From Salpingoeca rosetta (lineage: Eukaryota; Protista; Choanoflagellata), in contig JAWQFM010000001.1 of the NCBI GenBank assembly GCA_033442325.1, positions 2,854,420 to 2,918,419 on the forward strand: a stretch of 64,000 bases of DNA. Direction: 5' to 3'. The position numbers and the translations under genes were made by a program. Within the stretch, counting starts at the first letter, position 1; each line of letters begins with the position of its first letter. Positions 53,340 through 64,000 of the stretch are shown piece after piece. Below the pieces are notes generated by a model. That model had not been told where the DNA came from. It saw only the letters and a program-made list of their open reading frames with translations, and made no database searches.

Positions 53340-56300
53340 ATGGCGCCCCGAGCTTCTTGGGCTGCCATCCTGTTCTCCTTGATGGTCGTAGTGGCCTGCT
53401 TCGGCGGTCACGTGGCTGCTGAGATCACGAGAACAATCCGGCTCGATGACAACACAACAGCGACGCACTCCACCTATCGCATTGCTGCTCTCAGCGATCG
53501 CGGTGAGTTGTTTTGCATGTGGGCGTGAAACTTGCGCGATGTGTGTGTGTGTGCGTGTGTGTTGAGAATACATGCGATCCCACCCTCAGGTGATGTGTTG
53601 TGACGCGTGCCACTTGTGATGGCGCGAAATTGCCAACGCTGTTGCGAACACAGCTCATCACACACACATACATACTTACGCACATACACATTCACTCACT
53701 CACTCACTCGCTCACACACTGCCCTTAGGCTTTGACTACTTCAACCGCACGATGGCGCCAACCTTTGACGAATATCTCAACAACGTTGTGTCAAAGAAGT
53801 TTGATGGCCTGGTTGAGTTTGTAACATACCCAGCGCGATTCCGCGATCTCCTGGATGAGGGTAAGGAAGACAAGTTTGACTTCGCCTTCACCAACCCGGC
53901 CATCTTCACGTGCGCCGAGGCCGAGCTGGCCATGTCGTCCCTCGTCACCCTTCGTCGCAACGAGCTGGGTCAGTGGGGCAGCGAAGCGCTGGAAGTACAC
54001 ACAACAACAGATGAGACTGTACATGTGCACACTGCCAGTCGGCGTGCAACTAGCCAGAAGTGGCCCTTGTCTGCCTTTCCAATCACTGCTATGGATAGCA
54101 AACACCTCACGACCACATGTTTCACGCTTCATCATTTTGAATCCGCCTCCCCACCTTGACTCACCGTCATTCATGTGCGATCGACAGGCGAGCAGCTGAG
54201 CCAGTTTGGTGCGGTCATCTTCACACGGGCCGATCGCGATGATATCAACGGCCCAATCGACATTGCTGGCAAGACTGTCGCCGCCGTATCCTTCATTACC
54301 TTTGGTGGCTTCCAAGCACAGTGGGGTCTCTTGCGTGATGAAGGCTTGGATTTTCTCGTTGATACGAAGCAGGTGCGGGCGGGCTTGTGTGTGTATGTGT
54401 GTGTGCGTGTGGTATTGGGAGCTGGAAGAAGGGGAGGCCTGTGATGCGGTGCTGTAGTGTCGCGTCACGCGTGCGAGTGGCTGAGACAATCGTGCTCACC
54501 CTGGTGTTTTCTCGTTGCATCTCCACCTGGCCAACCCAACACAGATCAAGTTCACGGACGATGAAAACTCGGTGGTCAATGAAGTGATGGAAGGCAAGAG
54601 TGATGTTGGGTTTGTCACCAGCGGCGTCCTCGAAAGTAGGTTCTGGTTTTATGGCTGTGCGACTCTGTGTGTGTTGCTGTGGTGCTCAGCGAGGAGCATG
54701 ACTTCGGTACACAGGCACACACATTCGGGCTTGACTCCTTGTTCAATGTAAACACCCTCCCCATCTCACACACAAACACACACACACACAACCATCACCG
54801 GTGTGTACTGCAGTGCAAGTGTTCAACGGCACCCTGGATTTGAAGCAGGTGAAGATTATCCACGCACAGAGCGTCATTACGACGGATGGAGACGTCTTTC
54901 CATTCATCACTTCGACCGAAGTGCTGTCTCCGGAGTGGGCCTTGGCGGCCATGCCACGCGTCAACTGGCAGGTACAGCACGAGCTTGATCCGCAGAAGCA
55001 CCATACGCACACACACACACACACACACGCACACACGTTCTCTCTCTCTCTCTCTTTTATGCGTGTGCATACAACCAGCATGTAATTTAGTCAGTGACCA
55101 CACCCCCAGGTGACATGACATGACATTGCTGTGTGGGGTGGCTGCATTGTTGAATATCCTGACGCCACCACCTGCATCACGTCCACCACCATGACCACAA
55201 CTATCACCACCTCCACCACTACAACGCAGGTGCAAGCAGCTGTTGTCGATGCCCTCATCGCCATCCAGCCCGACTCAAAGTACGCACTGCTTGGAAACTA
55301 CGTTGGTTGGCAACCGCCTCTCTCTTACACCGTCACGCGCGCCCTTCAGGTACGCCATCACCTGCAGCACAACAGGCAACTGCCTGCGTCTTTGCTTCGC
55401 TGCTTCTCTTCTCCTCCTGGGCAATGCATCCCAACTGCTTCGTCGCACTCGTGCACACACTGTGGTTGTTGTTGCATTCTCACTCCATCGGGTGCACCAC
55501 CATTATTGTCCAATCTGCCTGCTGACACGCACACACTGTGGTGGTTGCATTCTGGCACCATCCATTGTCTCATGCGCTCACACACATGCAAACAAACTCA
55601 CACGCAAACAACCGCACATATGCAACAGGTGTCGCTTGGCGTGTTGTTTGATGACGGTCTCGGCTCCTTCTCGTGTGTGCGCACCAAGTCCATCATCGAT
55701 GCTGTGGTGTGCCCGTTTGGATTTGTCAAGAAGTCTGTAGAAGAGGTCGCCAATGGCTGCGAGATGGCTGGCATCATTTGTGAGGACGGCTACGACTGCC
55801 TGTGCCAGCCATGCGAGCCCGCGTGCCCCTCCAACGCCCGCCTCCTGAGCACTGGCAGCTGTCAGTGCGAGTCTGGCTACATTGACTTTGGCGGCGCGTG
55901 CGCGCCCATCATCGCCCTCGTCATTACCATCCTCATCCCGCTGGCGGCGTTCATTGTCATCATCGTCGTCGTCGCCATGCGCTACCAGCAGAACAAGGTG
56001 GATCTGTTGTGGCACATTGCGCCCCACGAGCTCAAGTTTGAGGACCCCGTGGAGGTGCTTGGCATCGGCTCTTACGGTGTCGTTGTCAAGGCAGAGTACC
56101 GCGGCACTGCCGTCGCTGTGAAGCGCGTCGGACCACCGGAGAAGCACAAGGGTGGGCGCCACGCGTCCCGTGCAACCCGCGACAAGCAAGGCGTGCTCAG
56201 CCCAGCTGTGCTTGCCGGTGTTCGCAGCATGGCCGGGTCCACTGGCTCCACCAAGCACTCTGGGACCGGCAGCAAGCGTGGACGCTCGAAGCGATCTGCG

Positions 56301-59147
56301 CTCCAGTCTGCGCGCACGAAGGAGAAGCGGGCCATGGACTACATCCTGGAGGTCGGTGGAGCCAAGCGTGATTGCTGTCTTGCTGTGAAACACAGTGTCT
56401 GTAGCATTCTGTTGTTCTCCCGCACGTGTGTCTCATGCGCGCACGTGTGGTCAACCCGTGCATGTGATGGGCGTGTGGTCAACCCGTGCATGTGATGGGT
56501 GTGTGGTGAGCAAACAGCAGCGTAACATGCCACCGTTGTGCACACCATACTACCTCATCACCACCCCGCTCTTCCCACGCTTTCTTTGCGTCTCACCAAC
56601 CAACCACATCATGCTCCTCTTGTTTGCTTGACCCGCAATCCCAACCATAGGTCTTTGACGAGGCAGCAGAGCAAGGCCAGGCTGCTGGCACAAAGTCGCA
56701 CTCGATTGCCAACTCTGCCATGGCGAGCGGTTCTCGCTCACGGAACCTTGTCAGCCGGCTTCTGCACAAGTCCAGCAAGCGCGCCACCCTTGCACGCATG
56801 AGGTACAGAGTGTATCGCTTGTGTGTTGGGGGAGTAGGAGGACACAAGATCGGTTGGGTGTGGCTGGGACGAGTTGTGTTGTTGTTGTTGTTGTGGTGGT
56901 GGTGGTGTGTGTGCGTGTGTGGATATGGATATGGATATGGATATGGAACGCGCAAACATATGATCGTACATGAGGGAAATGGGAAGCGGAATGATGAAGG
57001 GGAGCGTTTCTTGTGTCAGTGCTCTGCTGCTGAACGGTCGAGGCTCACCTGACCGTGGGATAATTGGTACATCAACAGGGCTGACTTTATCACGGAGATG
57101 CGCACGCTGTCCAAGCTACGCCATCCGTGTGTGACGACGGTCATGGGTGCTGTGATGATCAACGGATGCGAGCCGATGATGATTATGGAGTACATGGATC
57201 TCGGAAGCCTCTACTCTATCCTGCACAACGAAACCATGGAACTCGACGGAGAGACACGTTACTACCTCGTAAGATGACGCCTAACGTGGGCAGCAATGGA
57301 ATGCGTGGCGTTTGATGGGCTCATGACAGCTGTGTGCAATCTTCGCGTTGATGGTGGAAGTTGTGGCCATCGTTTGGGCCGCTGTGATCAACCAACCTTT
57401 ATCCTCCTTTCCATCCAATGAGCTGCTATCTCACTGCTGTTTTGTCTGGGGCTGCGACATTGCTGTCTGCTCGCTTTGGTTGTTTGCACAGACGATTGAC
57501 GTGGTGTCTGGCTGCCGCTTCCTTCATTCGAGCAACCCACCACTCATCCATGGTGATCTCAAGTCTCTCAACGTCCTCGTCGACTCCAAGTTCCGCGCCA
57601 AGGTGATTTGCAGACTTTAGGGCTGCGATGCGGGGCTTGTTTTGCAAGACTGTTACACCACTGCGTGTTTGCGAGTATGACTGTCGTCAAGCCGACGACC
57701 ACTGTGCCTTGCACTGGTGTTACATTGCACGCACGACCTCAATGCCCCCTTTGCTTCTGCGCTGCTGTGATGTGAATATTGTTCTGTATTTTATGTGTGT
57801 TAGGTTGCTGACTTTGGCCTGAGCGAGTCTGGTAATGGAAAGGCATGCGGCACCCCCTACTGGATGGCGCCCGAGGTGCTTCGCGGCGAACCAACCACCG
57901 TCGCCTCTGATGTTTACTCCTTTGCCATCATTCTGGTGCGTACCCATGCGTGGCAATACCAATGCCCTTGCTTTGGGTATTTTGTGTGTGTTTGTGTTTG
58001 TGTGTGTGTGTGTGTGTGCTTGCGCTTATGTGTTACGTGAAGAAGGTTGCGCGCGTACATGAACGTTGTTGTTGTGGTGTTCACTCTGCATTGCGTGCAA
58101 TACGCGTGTTCAATCCACTTGATGGTGTGCAGTTCATGTCACTTCGGTACTTCATGCTTACATCAACACATGTGGTGTTGTGGTGTTTCAGAACGAGGTC
58201 TTCAGCCGCAAGGACCCGTACCCTGTAGATGCTGACCTTGAGAACACGTTGAAGGAGGTTATCAAGCGCAAGCGCCGTCCACTCGTGCCGCCCAACTGTC
58301 CCGAGAACATTGCACAGCTCATGCGGGAGGCGTGGCACCCCGACCCGGACCGCCGGCCCTCATTTGACGAGCTGGCGCGCCGATTTGGCCACATTGATCC
58401 TTCCAACTGCCGCATGGACGATGGACGAAAGAAGGGCAAGGACTCGAACAAGGTGCTGGAGGACGTCTTCCCGCCACACATCGCAAAGGCCCTTCGCGAG
58501 GTGAGCTGGGCTGTCCGTCTGGGCGCGCGTGTATGTACGTGTGTGTGTGTATGGGTGTGTTTTGTGCGTGTGTACGTGTATGCGTGTGTGTGCGTGCATG
58601 TGTGTAAGGGTGTGTTTTGTGTGTGTGTGTGTGCGTGTGTACGTGTATGCGTGTGTGTGTGTGTGTTTGTGTGTGTTTTTGTGTGTGTGTGTGTGTGTGT
58701 GCGTGCGTGTGTACGTGTATGCGTGTATGTGCGTGTGAATGTAATTGTGTGCTGCACCCTTGCACCGGATGCACTTCTCCTCCACATATCCTCAGTTTGC
58801 AACCTGCGCCATTGTGCCCCGCCCGCCTTTCCTCATCCATCCATCCATCCATCCAACCAACCCTAAATCCTGCTCTCTGCTCCTCCCCTTCTCCTTTGCA
58901 CCGCATCGCACCACCAGGGCAAGAAGATTGAGCCCGAGCACCACGACTGCGTGACCATCTTCTTCTCGGACATTGTTGGGTTCACCAACATCAGCGGCAC
59001 GCTTGCGCCAGAGAAGGTCATGAACATGCTTGACCGCCTCTACACCAAACTCGACGCCCTCGCCGACGAGATGGAGCTCTTCAAGGTCGAGACCATCGGC
59101 GACGCCTACATGGCAGGTGCGGTCACAAGGTGGTGTGGGGGCGGTGC

Positions 59148-59182
<35 letters not shown>

Positions 59183-61183
59183 GTGTGTGTGCTTGTGTGT
59201 GCATGTGCCTGTGTGCTCATGTGTGTGCATGTGTGTGCATGTGCTGAATCTCGTCGTCATGACATGCAATTCCTTTCTCTTCCTCACCATCATCACACGT
59301 CCCCCCCCCCCTTGTCACCCTCCCCCATCCCATTCACACCATCAGTGACCAACCTGTTGAAGGAACAGAAGGACCACGCTGCGCGCATCGGCCGCTTTGC
59401 CGTCGCCGCCATCAAGGCCGCCAACACCACGCTCATCAACGAGGATGAGCCAGACCTTGGCTGCGTCAACATCCGCGTTGGCTTCCACGCCGGCCCTGTC
59501 GTCGCAAACGTCGTTGGCACGAAGAACCCACGATACTGCCTCTTCGGCGACACGGTGAGCATTGGGTGCTGATTTGCTTGTGTGTGTATGTGTGTGTGTG
59601 GGAGTGTGTGTGCGTGTGCGTGTGCGTGTGTGTGTCTGTGTGTCTGTGTGTGCTTGTCTGTGTGTGTGTGTGTGTCTGCCACTGTTGTATCACGCCTTCT
59701 TTGCCTGTTCTCTCCCCATCCCTTCTCCCCACCCTCTCATCACGCATCCTCACGCCAACCCTCGTCAACCAACACATCCTCCACTCCCGTACCACCACTA
59801 CCCCAGGTCAACACGGCATCGCGGATGGAGAGCAACAGCGAGAAGAACCGCATCCACATGTCTGAGGCCGCGGCGGAGCTGGTGTCGCAGCAGGCGCCAG
59901 ATATGCTGCTGGAGCCGCGCAAGGCCATGCACATCAAGGGCAAGGGCAAGATGCAGACGTACTTCTTGATCGCAGACGACATTGACCACGCCAGCAGCAG
60001 CGACACGGCAGGTCTGATGGAGGCCAAGCGTAAGAAGGATCGAAAGGCCAACGCTGAGGACGATACGGAGACGGACAGCAACGACGACGAAGATGACGAC
60101 GACGACAAAGCCGCCAATGATGACAACAGCACCGACACGAAGGCCACCACCAACCCGCCTGCAGAGGAGGCGGACAAGCGCGCCGCGGACGGTCGTGAAC
60201 AGGACGTGCAGTCACAGCGCACACAGCAGGTGCGGGAGGTGATGCGTAACGGCAACATCCACCGCACCATCACGGAGACGATGCTCATGCCGGAGCCGTC
60301 TCCGGAGGACGCACCGTCACGCCGGCGGTCATTGACGGGCAGCAACGGCAGCGCCATGGGGGATCGCCACGTCTCCATCAACAACGTGCTTGAGGTGATG
60401 TACGCCGAGAGTGTGCAGTCTGACGACGTCGACTTTGGGGCTGACCGCATCAAGGAGGTGGGGGACGCCGTTCGCGCTGCTGATGCTGCCACCTCCGCCG
60501 CTAACAACAGCAAGCAGGAAGCCACCGGCTCTCCAAGTGCAGCCGTGTCCACGCTGGTTGATGCGCTTGCACAAGGCAACGTCAGCCCATACGAGAGCGA
60601 CGAGGATGACGAGGACGACTATGACGGCGAGGACAGCTCTGACATTGCAGAGGAGCTGCCGGGCGCAATGCCGCGCATGCTGCGCCAAGACTCGCTGTCT
60701 CGACGCATCGCCAGCAACATGGAAAGCCCCATCTTCAACGACGGCAGTAACAGCAACAGCAACAGCGGCAGTGGCAGTGGCAGTGGTAGCGGTAATGATG
60801 AGCTTGACGGGTTCACACACACGCCAGACATTGCCCACTCGCCAAGCGAGGAAGGCGATACGATTTCCTCGAAGCGCGTGCTTACCGACGCTCACGAGCT
60901 CCGTCGCCGCGTTTCCGACGGCAGCGGCAGGAAGAACACGCACCAGCAGGTCAGCGTGCAGCCCGCCACACCGCCCAAGCACAAGAAGGCGCTGAAGAGC
61001 ACACGTCGCAAGTCCACACCCCGGTCATCTGCTCCCTCGTCCCCAACGCGTTCTGCCACAAAGGCAAGTGGTACGCGTCGTTCGCGCAGCGCTGGTGCAC
61101 GCAAGCAGCCGCAGGTACCACCTGTCCGCGAGATGGAGCTGATCACGGATGCCGATGACAAGCAGAACGAGGTGCTCATTTGA
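53340..61183 (+). CDS. Single-pass receptor kinase-guanylyl cyclase with TtrS/PhnD-type solute-binding ectodomain
   Basis: Signal peptide. Ectodomain ~53475-55650 ([34 protein letters not shown]...[27 protein letters not shown]). Cys-rich stalk and TM helix ~55908-55978. Kinase motifs [30 protein letters not shown]. Cyclase motifs [39 protein letters not shown]. Disordered tail. Confidence 0.95.
56444..56498. repeat. ~28-bp tandem duplication in a receptor-cyclase intron
   Basis: gtgtggtcaacccgtgcatgtgatggg x2. Confidence 0.9.
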
Positions 61184-61716
61184 ACCCACATCGTGCTGTC
61201 TGGGCATCACGGCAGCTGGTGGTTGCACTCCCCCTTGTGAATGTGTGCATGTGTACATGTGGCGTGGAAAGATGCATACACATGTATGCACATGCTTGTA
61301 CACCACGCCATGCACACGCGCGCTGCTGATCGCCCATCACATCTCCCCTATTGTTGACACTTCCCGTCCATCGTGCAATTGATTTGAGTGTTTGATTGTG
61401 CGAGGTGTTGCTATTCAAACACCATGTCTCCTCCATGTTCCGTGTTGTACAGTGAAGACAGCGTTGAATGTTGCTTTATTCTCTTGCGTTGTTGTGTTGT
61501 GTCGCTTGTCACTGGTGTGTATCGAACTTGCCTGCTTCCCCTGCTGTTGTCCATTGAATGTTCGTGCTCTTTGCGCGCACTGTGCTGGGTCTTTTTGTTG
61601 CTTGTTGTTTGGGCTTGTCAATCGCTAGCTCAAGTGCCCCAAATGGTCCATGTAATTGACCCCCCTCCCCTTCCCACATCGCCCTTCGCAGGCTGTCAAG
61701 CATGGTATGGTGAAGG

Positions 61717-61793
61717 CTATGTTGAAGTTGCTTGTGTCTTTCTTCTTCTGGGGTCGCATGTCATTGATTGTTTGGGTCACTTGCGGTAGGCTC

Positions 61794-61882
<89 letters not shown>

Positions 61883-62979
61883 GCACGCACTCGAGCAGGC
61901 CGGATAATGACTGGTCGATCCAGAGATTCTTCTTATTCTTCTTCGTCTTCTTCTTTCGTCCGGGGCCTGTTGGAAGTGCGGAACGCGGGGAGTGAGCAAC
62001 ACAAAGTTTGGAGACACTCATGCACAGCAGCAACAGCGCACATTGCCTGAACATGTGAACGTTGTCACATAAAGTGTGTATGTTGGGTGTATGTGACCCA
62101 TTGCAGCACGCACCGCTGTCGTTGTTCAGGTGGATTTCTGACATGTATTTCTGGTTCATGTCCGAGCCAACACGCCAAAGGAAGCGGGCGAGAAGCGATG
62201 AGATGTGTGGTGCGATGAAGACATACATGAGGGAAGATGCGTCAAACGAGTGAGGAACACACACGCACACACACACGCACACACGCACACACGCACACAC
62301 ACGCACACACACGCACACACTCTCTCACTCTGACACACCAACGATCATGTGTGCAGACAAACCGTTAAGCCTTCGCTGGAAGGGTGAGTTCCCGTGACGG
62401 TTTGCGTGCGGTTGCGATCTGAAACGGCGACAAGAGATGGGATCACAAGGCACCGGTGCAGTTTGAGCACGCGCATAGAATTCAGCAGTGTGTGTTTGTG
62501 TGTGCATGCGTGCCAGTATGGGTGTGTGTGTGTGTGTGTGTGCGTGTGCGTGTATGTGTGTGGGTATGTGTGTGGGGGAGGGGGGCTGGCAGCCAACATG
62601 GAACAAGACAGGGTGCACAGGTGCAACAACACCACAAATGCTTACCGTTTGCATCAGTGTCGTCGTCGTCTTCGGCATCGAAGCCAAAGCCAGCGTCGGG
62701 GGAGTCGCGTACAGGGCCAGCTGGGACGAGGGTGCACGACAGGTGGGGTGATGGGAGCGGTCGGTGAAGTGAGTGAGTGAGTGAGTGAGTGAGTGAGTGA
62801 GTGATTAAGACGGGGGATGTCCACCTGTGTATGCGTGTGTACGGGCGACAGAATTCAAACGCAGACAGCCAGACGCACATACTTACACTCATGCATACAC
62901 ACGCACAGTTGCACACACAGTGGCACCCCCCCCCAAACACAGAAGCACATACAAGCAAACACACACACACACACACACA

Positions 62980-63011
<32 letters not shown>

Positions 63012-63595
63012 CACACGCGCGCGCGCACACACACGCACACAAGCAGCCGTACAAGCAAACAAACACGCCCTCTTGGCCCACCTGTGAGGTGCTCGGCAGT
63101 CTGCAGCTGCTTGCGCGACGCAATGGAGGAGGTGCGACTGGTGACGACGCTGCCAGTGTCTCTCACATCTGGTGCCGGCGCATCGTCCAGCTCAAGCGAG
63201 ATGCCGCGGTGCAGGGCAAGCGGCGACGGCCGCGAGGGCTGGCTGTTCACACGTTCGCCTGACAATATTAAAACGGAAATAAAGCAACAAGTTGGGGGCG
63301 AAGGGAAGGGGGGAAGAGCAGGGACGGATGTGGGTCGAGTGGTGGTGGTGGTTGTGAGATGAGAGGCACGGTGAGCGATAGGCTGGGAGCAGCAGTGAGG
63401 GTGCGGAGGGTATGCAAATGAAGATGGAATAGCGTGCAGTGGCATGGCACAAGTGTGTCTCAGACACTTACACACCCACACACCCACACACGCACATTCT
63501 CGCACACCCCCACATTCTCGCACACCCCCACATTCTCGCACACCCCCACACCCACACCCACCCCCACCCCCACACCCCCACACACACACACCCAC

Positions 63596-63681
<86 letters not shown>

Positions 63682-63842
63682 ACACACACGAATGAAGGAG
63701 GTGAGCGCGTGTAACGTACGGGTCTGGGTGTCTGATGCTGGCCTGGCTGATGCCGATGATCGCGTTGAGCCGCGCGAGCGCACGCTCGAAGCGCTGCTCT
63801 TCGTCGAGTGGCGGCGGGACGACGATCGCATCATCGGGTCCG
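61717..63842 (-). CDS. 3' portion of an uncharacterised low-complexity protein; 5' end beyond the window
   Basis: Phase-compatible exons: DPMMRSSSRRHST..., ERVNSQPSRPSPL..., GFGFDAEDDDD, DRNRTQTVTG, KYMSEIHLNNDS, GPGRKKKTKKNKKNLWIDQSLSGLL. The last exon is ambiguous (stop at 61717 or 61761). Confidence 0.6.
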
Positions 63843-63930
63843 CTGGTGTCGTGGTGCAGTGTGTGTTTGTGTGTAGTGTGTGTGTGTGGTGTAGTGTGTG
63901 TGTGCAGTGCAGTGTGTGTGTGTGTGTGCA

Positions 63931-63987
<57 letters not shown>

Positions 63988-64000
63988 TGTGTGTGTGTGT

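Noticed and set aside
53340-55650. Functional link between the TtrS-like receptor and the nearby rhodanese (sulfur oxyanion theme)
   Set aside because: The genes are ~19 kb apart with unrelated genes between them, the ligand is unknown, and eukaryotic proximity is weak evidence.
63493-63550. Short tandem repeats (18-bp unit x3; also 15625-15690 and 43533-43578) as a possible CRISPR-like array
   Set aside because: No spacers, intronic location, no cas genes and a eukaryotic context; these are slippage minisatellites.

Overview
Intron-rich eukaryotic genomic DNA. Introns are packed with (GT)n/(CA)n microsatellites and there are five N-gaps. Style and gene content suggest a choanoflagellate such as Salpingoeca rosetta (inference). 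Most ORF-track entries are microsatellite artefacts, so genes were rebuilt by hand from GT-AG-bounded exons with phase checks. Twelve protein-coding genes are supported: (1) a 5'-truncated RibA-RibD riboflavin fusion; (2) a disordered RxRxxS-rich protein whose ATG appears split by an intron; (3) TMEM129 ERAD E3 ligase; (4) SPCA/PMR1 Ca2+/Mn2+ ATPase, whose N-domain core is missing from this assembly; (5) TACC; (6) CASC3/Barentsz; (7) a rhodanese; (8) a putative mitochondrial HMG-box protein; (9) an FSIP2/ERICH3-motif coiled-coil protein; (10) an intronless signal-peptide NTF2/SnoaL-like protein ending in HTDL; (11) an ankyrin-DHYC palmitoyltransferase; (12) a single-pass receptor. A thirteenth, partial gene lies at the right edge. 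The receptor is the most striking system: a bacterial TtrS/PhnD-type solute-binding ectodomain, a Cys-rich stalk, a TM helix, a kinase with intact catalytic motifs and a guanylyl cyclase. No rRNA, tRNA, CRISPR array or transposon was recognised. All homology calls come from recalled family motifs, not database searches.
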